Origin: a virus
IMG/VR virus record: IMGVR_UViG_3300037234_000551
Span: 8,603-72,602 of that record
Strand: one strand, 5' to 3'
DNA: 64,000 bases
Shown piece after piece: positions 1 to 8,465 of the stretch; position 1 is the stretch's first letter; every line of letters starts with the position of its first letter. The notes under the pieces are model-generated. The model searched no databases, was not told the origin of the DNA, and worked only from the letters and a program-made list of their open reading frames with translations. The translations under genes and the position numbers were made by a program.

Positions 1-249
1 AGTTGATTTGGCAACAGGAGTACAACAAAGGGGATAAGTAGGTGGTAAAAAGAAAAACTACAAAATTTGGGTATGACGTACCGAAGTTTGATCCGAAGAA
101 ACCTATTCTTGAGACCGTTATTGGTGGTGGGAGAATTGCTAAATGTTGTCCCACCTTAGGTCCTAGACGATGCCCGTATATAAGGTCGACCAAGACGGGT
201 ATAATGAAGTGTTCCCAATACACTGAACCCTTGAAAAAATGGCAACGGA

Positions 250-531
250 ATGGGTATTGTTATATGTATGATACCTATAATTGGGAGGAGGATAATATTG
301 ATTAAATTCACTTCAACAGGCAAGAACACTACTTTGATAGGACTTGGCATTTCGGAGGAGAATGTCAGAAGACTCAAAGCAGCTCAACCCATTTTGATCA
401 AGGGTAGCGAGTTAGGTTTTGACTGGTTGGAGATTCTGATTTTCTATGGTAAGGACGAAGAGGAGTTGAAAAAAACAGTTAAGGCTACCTTAGCAGTTGA
501 TAAACTTATCAGCAAAGCGTCGGAGGAGTGA
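250..531 (+). CDS. hypothetical protein
   Basis: ORF in + strand gene run; true start probably downstream of the GGAGG near 284. Confidence 0.5.
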   Translation: MGIVICMIPIIGRRIILIKFTSTGKNTTLIGLGISEENVRRLKAAQPILIKGSELGFDWLEILIFYGKDEEELKKTVKATLAVDKLISKASEE

Positions 532-534
532 AAG

Positions 535-1017
535 ATGTGGAAAAAGGAAACTCAACATCAAGAGGAGACAGAAAATCCAAAGATAACCTTAGAAGTTGAT
601 GCTCAACTAGCCTTCGCTCCTCACTTGAAAGAGTTGAAAAAGCAGACCCTTCGTTTTACTCTCCAAGATACAGCCGTAACTATAACTGAGACCTCAAAAG
701 ATGGTACTGAAAGAAAAATTGGAGAGATTGTTGGTTCTATGGGCGGAACAATTGAGATAAGAGATGAGATATTAGAGGAGACGTGGGTCATTCGTCCATT
801 AGATTTGTGGAAAGCATTTGCCAAAGTGAGGGAGCCTTTAAAAGGGAAAACACAACCATGTCCATATTGTAAGAGGCCAATTCCTGACAGTGGTGTGTTT
901 GGACTACCAACTTACACAGACGTCCCTGAGAATCATGCAAAGGACTGTCCTATAAGAGAGATAATGGAAGTCAGACTAGCTGATCTAGAGAGGGGGACAC
1001 ATGAAAGCGAAGTGTGA
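535..1017 (+). CDS. hypothetical protein with C-terminal CPYC...H...C zinc-binding motif
   Basis: GGAGG RBS upstream; CPYC and HAKDC motifs. Confidence 0.6.
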   Translation: MWKKETQHQEETENPKITLEVDAQLAFAPHLKELKKQTLRFTLQDTAVTITETSKDGTERKIGEIVGSMGGTIEIRDEILEETWVIRPLDLWKAFAKVREPLKGKTQPCPYCKRPIPDSGVFGLPTYTDVPENHAKDCPIREIMEVRLADLERGTHESEV

Positions 1018-1204
1018 TAGATGTGGTAAAGATAATGGTGGCATATCTATTATGTCATACTTTAATACAGATGAGATATGTATGGAGTGTGATGAAAAGG
1101 AAAGAGAACACCCAAAATTCAGAGAGGCCCTTGAAGCAGATCAAAAGGCTGTTAGGGCAGGGAATTTCAACTTCCCTGGTATAGGAAAACCAGCTGACTT
1201 ATAG
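1001..1204 (+). CDS. small zinc-finger protein (CDRC...CMEC)
   Basis: two CxxC pairs; GAGGGGG RBS. Confidence 0.6.
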   Translation: MKAKCDRCGKDNGGISIMSYFNTDEICMECDEKEREHPKFREALEADQKAVRAGNFNFPGIGKPADL

Positions 1205-1225
1205 GAGTTACAAAGGAGTAGAAGA

Positions 1226-1432
1226 ATGCCAGATTCTACGTATGTTTTAGGCTCAAGTCGTTCAGAGACAGCAGTGGTGAGAGATTATATAACGATGCAA
1301 GGAGGACGAGTTAGTCTGCTTTTGTACTTAGTAGAAGTTGACTCACCAATTAAGATCCTTTTTCACGAAATAGTCCCTATTGGTCAGATTGATCAAGTAA
1401 CAGATAATACCCTTAAAGATTTGGAGTTATAA
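1226..1432 (+). CDS. hypothetical protein
   Basis: AAGGAG RBS; flanked by an imperfect direct repeat. Confidence 0.5.
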   Translation: MPDSTYVLGSSRSETAVVRDYITMQGGRVSLLLYLVEVDSPIKILFHEIVPIGQIDQVTDNTLKDLEL

Positions 1433-1489
1433 TTTTACTGGTATTGGCAAACCAGCTGACTTATAGATGAGAGGAGTGAAGAAAATATT

Positions 1490-1930
1490 ATGCAAAAGAT
1501 AATTGTGGGCACCATATTGTTTCTAGCTATGGTATTTCCGAGAGTAGCTTTAACTAGTCCAGTTGTTAAGATGTTCCAGCCTTTGGGTTGACTGTGTTGT
1601 TCTAAGTGGGTGGGACACCTACAAGATAATGGATTTGAGGTCATTAAGACTTACAAGAGTGAACAAGAGATGAGGACTCTTAAACGAGAAAGCATGGTGC
1701 CAGAAGAATTAGAGTCCTGTCATACGTCTTTGGTAGACGGATATATCATTGAGGGTCATGTACCTGGAAGTGCTATTGCAACACTTCTAAAGGAGAGACC
1801 AGAAATAGTTGGTCTTGCGGTGCCAAAGATGGCCCTTGGTCCGCCCGGGATGGAAGGCACTAAACCTCTATCATACAGTATCTGGGCCTTTACAGATTAT
1901 GGCAGGATATGGGTATATCAGAAAAAGTGA
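1490..1930 (+). CDS. DUF411/CopG-like exported metal-binding protein with in-frame TGA (probable selenocysteine)
   Basis: ATG 1490 gives a signal-peptide-like MQKIIVGTILFLAMVF; TGA 1589-1591 sits at the first Cys of the family C-x-C-C-x-x-W-x-x-H-L motif; downstream SCHT, IEGHVP and GLAVP.M..G.PGME motifs are intact. Confidence 0.75.
1592..1632 (+). promoter_or_regulatory. candidate bacterial SECIS hairpin
   Basis: GTGGGTG-GGA-CACCTAC stem-loop with a G-first apical loop about 21 nt after the TGA, plus a weak lower stem. Confidence 0.5.
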
Positions 1931-1946
1931 AAGGAGGATAAGGAGG

Positions 1947-2717
1947 ATGAGAAGATTATTTTCGATAATATTGGTGTTTGTGTGTTTGTTGTTGATTCCA
2001 TTTGCAGCTAATGCTAAAGATAAACCAATGGATGAGTTTCAGCCCACGCCAGCTTCCTATATCTGGTATGATGCCAGGACCTACGCAGACGATTCTTTAT
2101 CGAGGAGGGTAGGTGGATGGCACTTTGTTGTAGAATGGGCAGGAGATCTTCCTACTTTTGATGATGCGCAAGCTATAGTTGATAAAATCAAGAAAATTGA
2201 GTTCGTCAATAATACAACAGGTCTTGAACTAGTTTTTCTTCCTGAGACATTGCAAAGATATATCTGGAGGGGAAGTCATAGCGTTGGTGCCTACTTATGG
2301 CTGGGCCACGAATGGATTGCTCAGGGTGAATGGACAGCAACCGTATTCGCAAAGGGTGGAAATTATAGTAAGGATTTCTCCCTTACTAAAGATGAGATCC
2401 TTGTACCCAAACCTCCATTTATTCAGATTATAGATACAGAAGCAGTCACAGGTGGTACACTAATTACATATAAGGCCCCACTCACTGACTGGGAAGGTCC
2501 CATAAGAGTCATGCTTAGAATTATGACAGACGGGAATGATGATGGTTTCCGTGATGAATGTATAGATCAAATTAATCTTGCTGGTCCTTCAGATCAACTC
2601 CAAACCGTGGTAGTACCTTATTCTGGAAGTGAAGTGGAAGGAAGAATGGAGTATAGGTATACTATAGGTACGGTTATTGGTGTAAGCCGAACAGTTATGT
2701 ATTTTGATTTTCCATAA
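1947..2717 (+). CDS. hypothetical exported protein
   Basis: AGGAGG RBS; signal peptide MRRLFSIILVFVCLLLIPFAANA. Confidence 0.65.
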   Translation: MRRLFSIILVFVCLLLIPFAANAKDKPMDEFQPTPASYIWYDARTYADDSLSRRVGGWHFVVEWAGDLPTFDDAQAIVDKIKKIEFVNNTTGLELVFLPETLQRYIWRGSHSVGAYLWLGHEWIAQGEWTATVFAKGGNYSKDFSLTKDEILVPKPPFIQIIDTEAVTGGTLITYKAPLTDWEGPIRVMLRIMTDGNDDGFRDECIDQINLAGPSDQLQTVVVPYSGSEVEGRMEYRYTIGTVIGVSRTVMYFDFP

Positions 2718-2788
2718 GAGTTTTGAAAGGGGCATTTAAGTTTGAAATTTATGGGTATTAAAAATAAAAAATAGAAGGAGGTGGTAAA

Positions 2789-3040
2789 GTGAAAAAGTTA
2801 ATGGCATTTTTGGTGGTGTTGTCCTTGACTGTTGTCGTGACTTACTGGGACGGAAAGGAGATACGAACAACTACAGCAGATAAGATGTACACTGGTCAAG
2901 TTGGTATATCACTTTCTGACATTGGTAACCCAGCTGATCGAAATCCGAGGATAAGACCAAAGACTATACTTCCCTATCGTCATATTATTAGAATAGACAT
3001 CGTTGATGATGGGAAAATCGTACCCTGGTATCGCAGATAA
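2789..3040 (+). CDS. hypothetical membrane/exported protein
   Basis: GGAGGT RBS; hydrophobic N-terminus. Confidence 0.55.
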   Translation: MKKLMAFLVVLSLTVVVTYWDGKEIRTTTADKMYTGQVGISLSDIGNPADRNPRIRPKTILPYRHIIRIDIVDDGKIVPWYRR

Positions 3041-3282
3041 TGGAATATGATCCATGTGTTGGTTGCGGTTTTTGTTGTCTTGAAGCACCTTGTATTGCTG
3101 CTAGTTATTATAACTGGATTGAAAATGGTCGTTGTAGTAAACTCAAGTGGGATGAAGAGGCTAATCGGTACTGGTGCTTACAGGCAAAGGAAAACAAACC
3201 CTTTGCAATAATGATATACGTCGGAGAAGGGTGTTCGTCAAATTTGAACACTTGGCGAAAAAATGTAAAGGATAGGGGATGA
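3040..3282 (+). CDS. Cys-rich protein (YkgJ-like CxxCxxCC cluster)
   Basis: CVGCGFCC motif and further Cys residues. Confidence 0.55.
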   Translation: MEYDPCVGCGFCCLEAPCIAASYYNWIENGRCSKLKWDEEANRYWCLQAKENKPFAIMIYVGEGCSSNLNTWRKNVKDRG

Positions 3283-3295
3283 GGGAGGAGGATTT

Positions 3296-3970
3296 ATGAA
3301 AAAGTTATCTGATGTGAATTTTACGAGAGTCTTGGTAGTTTTACTGGCAGCATTTGCTGTCATTGCATGGTCGTGGGGTTTTTCGGATAATACTGTTGTG
3401 CAGAAACAGACTTATTCGTCTGAGTCATCTGGTAGTGCTACATCCGAGTGCAATTGTTGTGGTGCCGCTGATGGGGGCAACTTGAATGTTTGTGATGGGG
3501 ATGGTCAGAGATTAGGATTTCTGGTCTCCCATGAAGCAAACGGTAACTGGACTGAGGTCTATGTTCCAGAGGTCAATGCAATAATCAAAGTGAGTTGCTC
3601 ATTTAGTCAGGAGAACTATGTTCCTGATAATGAGAGAATCTACTTTGATGATGAAAACTGCGAAGGTAATGCATATGTGGCAACTGGACTGTTCACTCAA
3701 AACTTTAATGATATTAATGTTCTGATTCTGAATGTGGATGGAGATGCTGAGAGATTTTTCAGAGTCTCTGATCCAACTCCTTGTAGTACCACATTTGCTG
3801 CATCACTGGAACCTAATGGGAGTCCCAATCTTCAGTCGGAACTTAATAACTCGGGCAATTGTGTTGCTACAAATGGTGTACCGAGTAAGGTATTTCCTGT
3901 GGATGAAGTGACAGACGATATGCCATTCAATTGGCCACCGGTTTGTCCATGGAGATATTCAGCAAACTAG
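3296..3970 (+). CDS. hypothetical membrane-anchored Cys-rich protein
   Basis: GGAGGAGG RBS; N-terminal TM segment. Confidence 0.6.
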   Translation: MKKLSDVNFTRVLVVLLAAFAVIAWSWGFSDNTVVQKQTYSSESSGSATSECNCCGAADGGNLNVCDGDGQRLGFLVSHEANGNWTEVYVPEVNAIIKVSCSFSQENYVPDNERIYFDDENCEGNAYVATGLFTQNFNDINVLILNVDGDAERFFRVSDPTPCSTTFAASLEPNGSPNLQSELNNSGNCVATNGVPSKVFPVDEVTDDMPFNWPPVCPWRYSAN

Positions 3971-3985
3971 TTTGTAGAGGGGAGG

Positions 3986-4204
3986 GTGAAATTATTTATG
4001 CAGAAGCCTTTGGATTTCCGAGTAGCTCATGCGCAGAAGATTTGTCAATTAGCTGCCCAGTTTGGTACAACAAGAGCAGCTGAAATTTTGAAAATTGACC
4101 GGTCAGAAGTTTATCGAGCAATAGGGCAAAATCCGGATCTTGCTTATGAAGCAGGATTCAAGTTCCCTAGAAGGAGAAACAAAAAGGCTAGAAAGCATGT
4201 TTAA
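3986..4204 (+). CDS. small HTH protein
   Basis: TTRAAEILKIDRSEVYR HTH-like pattern. Confidence 0.55.
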   Translation: MKLFMQKPLDFRVAHAQKICQLAAQFGTTRAAEILKIDRSEVYRAIGQNPDLAYEAGFKFPRRRNKKARKHV

Positions 4205-4296
4205 CGATAGGCGGCAGTCGAGTTTGGCGGGATGCAACCAAATTGGATGCAACCAAGACTCGATTGCTGCCTTATTTTTTTCCGAGGGAGGTAATA

Positions 4297-4707
4297 ATGA
4301 GGGGCAGAAAAGCAAAACTTAATAGGAATAAAACAATTTTAGAACTTAGACTTCAGTCAGGTTGGTCTTTGAATCAGATTGGTGATAAGTATAATTTATC
4401 TAAACAACGAGTTAGTCAAATTTGTCAAATGTGGGCACCCCGTTTTGGTCTTGAAGAGGAGTTAGAGCAACACATAACTGAAGAGAAATTACAAATGTTA
4501 CTTAGAAAGTTGGATAGAGAGCAAAAGGAAGAAACCAAGAAGATGATGAATCAAGTCGAGAAAGATCAGCGTTATATGAATGTGCTCTATTTGATAAAGG
4601 TTGAGGGGAAAACACATCGGGAAACTGCTAAGTTGACCCGTTTACATAGAAATACCATTAACCGTATTAGTAATCACGAATGGGATAATTACAAACACTA
4701 TTTTTGA
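4297..4707 (+). CDS. double HTH (sigma region 4-like) DNA-binding protein
   Basis: SLNQIGDKYNLSKQRVSQI and THRETAKLTRLHRNTINRI; GGAGGT RBS. Confidence 0.65.
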   Translation: MRGRKAKLNRNKTILELRLQSGWSLNQIGDKYNLSKQRVSQICQMWAPRFGLEEELEQHITEEKLQMLLRKLDREQKEETKKMMNQVEKDQRYMNVLYLIKVEGKTHRETAKLTRLHRNTINRISNHEWDNYKHYF

Positions 4708-4729
4708 CTATTAGAGGGAGGAGGCAACA

Positions 4730-4972
4730 ATGGAATATGATGAAGAAGCCTTGGCGGGGATTAACATCGACGAACCTGTAATGTTTGTGTCTCATTCTAA
4801 GTTAGAACGGTCGGGTGATTCACTCTATAGGTCGGAGTGTCCCGTATGTCTTAAAGGCGTTTTTCTTATGAGACGTAACGAGAAGACTCTTCATCTAGAA
4901 GAGCATGACAACTGCATACTTTGTGGGCAGAGGGTGTTTTATGATGACCTGGAGGATGGGGTCTTAGTATGA
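4730..4972 (+). CDS. small zinc-ribbon protein
   Basis: CPVC and CILC pairs. Confidence 0.55.
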   Translation: MEYDEEALAGINIDEPVMFVSHSKLERSGDSLYRSECPVCLKGVFLMRRNEKTLHLEEHDNCILCGQRVFYDDLEDGVLV

Positions 4973-4982
4973 AGTAGGGAGG

Positions 4983-6581
4983 ATGTTAATGAGGCATATC
5001 AATAAGATTGCCAGCAGGTTGAGGCTGCTCTCATGTGTGAAACTTGTTAATTGTTGTAGCCTAATAGTAGATACGCCCGGTCTCCCTACTCATTTTGAAG
5101 GCTATGAAGTCAAGCCTGAGTTAATCGACGGTTCAAAATTAAGGTTTATAGGTCCAGACCTTCATGATAAATGGAAGATCTATATTCTTAAGGGAGATGA
5201 GTGGGTACGCTATATGAGACCAATTTCAAGCGGTATGTTAGAGGGTTTTATTAAAAATCATTATGAGAAAATTCATACAAAAGTAAAGGAGGAAGTTATG
5301 GTTGGTAAGAATCTTGCTGCATCAGTTACAAAGTATAATATGCTCATGCTCCAAATTACAGCTATGAGTCCGAGGAGTATATTTACTATTGTTGACCTTG
5401 TGGAAGCTCTAGAGAAAGTTGGAGCCAAGATAGATGAGCACACTATTTACAATTATTTGGAACCTCTGATTCAGGCAGGTTATGGTCTACGAAAGATGAG
5501 ACCTGTGGGAAAAAAACGCTCCTATTATCAGGTTACTACAACTATTCCTATAGGTATAAGTACTTCACAGGCTAGAGATGAGGCGAAAAAACTTATTAAG
5601 TTGAGGGGAGGAAAAATTATAACTGAGGTTGTTAATTACACACCTGTTCGTAAGGTATTGTTTGATGACTCAAAAGCAGAAGATGCGATAAAGTATTACT
5701 CGTCCCTACCAACTAGAAAGAGCTGGAGCAGTGTAAGAAAGAAAGCGGTAGGGAGGAAGGGACTGAGTCTATTTGATTCTATGTATTACACTCTACTAGG
5801 ATTGGATAAAGGATGTATATTTGTTCTTGAGGATTTGAGGAGTCTTTTGGCGGGTCAGCAAGTGCATATAAATAAACCTGCTCAAAGACAATATATGGAT
5901 ATCTTATTTAGAGCAAATTGTGGTATTGATAAAAGGAAAACTAGTCATGTGCTTGGTCGGATTTTTTACTTGATCTCCGATGAACTCCCTCCAAAAACTG
6001 ATGATTTAACATTATCATTTTTTAAAGAACTTGGAAAAGGTGCCCGTAGGAAGATTGAGTATGTTGATTATCCAATTCGCGTTGAAATGAAATTTAAAGA
6101 TGATCAGTTGAAGGCGATCTGGGAATCTATTTGTGATTCTAAGGTGCCTGGAGATGATAAGTTGGAGGAGTCCATATCCCGACTTGAGGAAGAAGAGTTG
6201 GATAGTTCCTTCTTAGATCGTCAGGATACAGACGAAGATTTGGGAAGACAAACCTTTACATTTCTGACAAGGCAGATGCAAAGGATTGAACAACTCCAAG
6301 CTAGAGTTGAAGAGTTGGAGAATGCGCCAGATCTCAGACTTGAACTTGAGTCAAGAGAATCTGAAATAAAGAAACTTAATGAAACAATTACTGATCGGTT
6401 TGTTCGAATTACTGATCTGGAAAAAGAAGTGAGGCAAGTTAGGGGAGAGAGTACTAAGAAGTCCGTTCGAATTGCTGAATTGGAGTCGTACTTGAAGAAG
6501 GCTAAAAAAGATTCCGACACGATGACAATTGCAGAGAGAATGAAAGCATTGAAAGAAAAGGTGCGAGGAGAGAGGTTGTAA
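4983..6581 (+). CDS. hypothetical protein: two internally repeated wHTH-like domains plus coiled coil
   Basis: long ORF; heptad-rich C-terminus; resembles 22627..23547; an alternative start at 5298 follows AAGGAGG. Confidence 0.65.
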   Translation: MLMRHINKIASRLRLLSCVKLVNCCSLIVDTPGLPTHFEGYEVKPELIDGSKLRFIGPDLHDKWKIYILKGDEWVRYMRPISSGMLEGFIKNHYEKIHTKVKEEVMVGKNLAASVTKYNMLMLQITAMSPRSIFTIVDLVEALEKVGAKIDEHTIYNYLEPLIQAGYGLRKMRPVGKKRSYYQVTTTIPIGISTSQARDEAKKLIKLRGGKIITEVVNYTPVRKVLFDDSKAEDAIKYYSSLPTRKSWSSVRKKAVGRKGLSLFDSMYYTLLGLDKGCIFVLEDLRSLLAGQQVHINKPAQRQYMDILFRANCGIDKRKTSHVLGRIFYLISDELPPKTDDLTLSFFKELGKGARRKIEYVDYPIRVEMKFKDDQLKAIWESICDSKVPGDDKLEESISRLEEEELDSSFLDRQDTDEDLGRQTFTFLTRQMQRIEQLQARVEELENAPDLRLELESRESEIKKLNETITDRFVRITDLEKEVRQVRGESTKKSVRIAELESYLKKAKKDSDTMTIAERMKALKEKVRGERL

Positions 6582-6605
6582 CTGAATTAATTAGAGTAAA
6601 GTAAG

Positions 6606-6644
6606 GAGTAGCCGTCAGGAGGCCCGGACACTACTCTTTTTTTT
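6606..6644 (+). terminator. intrinsic terminator
   Basis: GAGTAG...CTACTC stem followed by T8. Confidence 0.65.
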
Positions 6645-6719
6645 GTTTCTTTAAGAACAAATTAAAAATGTTACTATAGTAAATTCTTGAACAAATACCA
6701 GGTTATCCGGGAGATAAAA

Positions 6720-7406
6720 ATGGGTTATCCGCAACATCCAGAAACAATTACTATTAAAAATAAGTTCTACCCGAAAGGTTTACGGGAGATAGATACATAT
6801 AAATATTATCAAAAGATGAAGAGTAAACTTTTGAAGGAAGTTGCCGGAAGAGACCTGATGTTTTACATTGCCACCGATGTTGATAAACTTACTATCAGAC
6901 GATCAGGAAAAGGGACTGAATACATACGTTTAACTAATGCAAATTGGGATGATGAGATTCACGGTCGAGTTGTTAGCATTCACTCAGCAATGAAGAAGAC
7001 TGACAATATTGCCATTGTTGATATTGATACTGATAATTTTGGTAAGGCAAAGAAGGCGGTCGCTGACTGTTATAAAGTTCTCTTAAAGAGAGTTCCGATT
7101 GTTGATAGAGTTCAAGTCAGATTCACAGGTAAGGCTAGTTTTCATTTGTTTTGTAAGTTGAATAGGACAATGAATGTTGACTCAATTCGACTTCTATTGA
7201 AGAAAGTTCTTTCAACTTCTCCAGAGTTGAGAAATTATGCTGTTGAGTTTAAGAGAACCCCGGGTCAAGTAAATCTTGATCTTGCACCAAATAAATTTCG
7301 TGGCAATTTTATTACATTACATTCATTGTCGACTTGGGGATTGAAATGTATAGAAGTTAAACTAAATAAGGTATCGTCTTTTACGCCAAATATGGCGAAA
7401 ATTTAA
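6720..7406 (+). CDS. stand-alone LigD-type primase-polymerase (AEP superfamily)
   Basis: HPE...FYP...ID.Y.YY N-terminus; VDID (motif I), FTGKASFH (motif II), VNLD...N..G...HS (motif III). Confidence 0.7.
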   Translation: MGYPQHPETITIKNKFYPKGLREIDTYKYYQKMKSKLLKEVAGRDLMFYIATDVDKLTIRRSGKGTEYIRLTNANWDDEIHGRVVSIHSAMKKTDNIAIVDIDTDNFGKAKKAVADCYKVLLKRVPIVDRVQVRFTGKASFHLFCKLNRTMNVDSIRLLLKKVLSTSPELRNYAVEFKRTPGQVNLDLAPNKFRGNFITLHSLSTWGLKCIEVKLNKVSSFTPNMAKI

Positions 7407-7552
7407 TGAATGATTTCAACAACTTGAAAATTCATTGTAATTATACAGAACGGCAGTGGATGAATTTTTAAATCTAATAATTTCAATATGTTAGAGTGAA
7501 GATTTCAACAACTTTTTTGTTTTCGAGAAACAATTGAATAAGGAGCAACTGA

Positions 7553-8032
7553 ATGAAGGAAATTTTAGTTTTCACAGACGACATATCTAAGTACGGGGTC
7601 TATCGAAGTTACCTCGAAACTGGAGTGTCGAGTACGAGTTTAAGGGCTACTCTAGATGAAGTTTTTCATCATATTGCAAAGAAGCCAGTTAATGTTGTGA
7701 TTGTAGATACTGAAGCACCCTGTGTCCGGAAGAAAGATGTAAAGTTTCTTAGGACTCTAGTTGAAAAAGATATTGAAGTTTTTCTTATGGTTGATGAAAT
7801 TACTGATGAATGTCTGATTGCTTGTAACAAGCATGATCGTGTTACTGTTGTAAAGAAACCATTTGATGCAGACATTCTTGTTGCTAAATTAGGTATAGGT
7901 ATGGACTTAGATGCTGCAGAGAAAGATATTGATCAAGAGGCGGTCTGTAGTTTTGATAGTCCATTTTATGATGCAGAAGAAGAACAAGATACCCAATGTT
8001 TGGAGGGAAATGACGATGAAGCATACGGATAA
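7553..8032 (+). CDS. response-regulator receiver-like domain protein
   Basis: ILVFTDD, VVIVD..P and KKPFD pattern of CheY-like folds; acidic tail. Confidence 0.55.
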   Translation: MKEILVFTDDISKYGVYRSYLETGVSSTSLRATLDEVFHHIAKKPVNVVIVDTEAPCVRKKDVKFLRTLVEKDIEVFLMVDEITDECLIACNKHDRVTVVKKPFDADILVAKLGIGMDLDAAEKDIDQEAVCSFDSPFYDAEEEQDTQCLEGNDDEAYG

Positions 8033-8465
8033 AGACATGATTATTCTTGAGGAGTTAATTAGACGGGCCTATGAGCATGTGAGGCCATTCAGTTATCATA
8101 AAGACTTAGAGTGGTTAAGTGATCCGGAACTCCGAGCGGGTCTTTTTGAGAAATTTCCCAAGTGTTATCTAAGTCTTTCAATCAATAGGAAAGACGTTCC
8201 GTTTTTCCCAATCTGTAATCGGATTGGGTTCGTCGATCCTAGGATTGTAATGTTTTCAATGAAACTTGCAAATAAGTTAGCTACTCTTGGAGATCCTAGG
8301 GTTGATGTAACCAACTTGCAGGGTGTGACAAAGAGGCTAGAGTTTTTGCATAGGAAGTACTCTAAAGAGGTTCCAAAACCAGAAGACATGGCTGTCAAGA
8401 AGGCCATGATAACCAGAATGCTGAGTAAAATTAAGAAATATTTGGCCGCTCAAAAGGGTGAGTAA
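8010..8465 (+). CDS. hypothetical protein coupled to RNAP beta'
   Basis: stop overlaps the ATG of the next gene. Confidence 0.6.
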   Translation: MTMKHTDKDMIILEELIRRAYEHVRPFSYHKDLEWLSDPELRAGLFEKFPKCYLSLSINRKDVPFFPICNRIGFVDPRIVMFSMKLANKLATLGDPRVDVTNLQGVTKRLEFLHRKYSKEVPKPEDMAVKKAMITRMLSKIKKYLAAQKGE

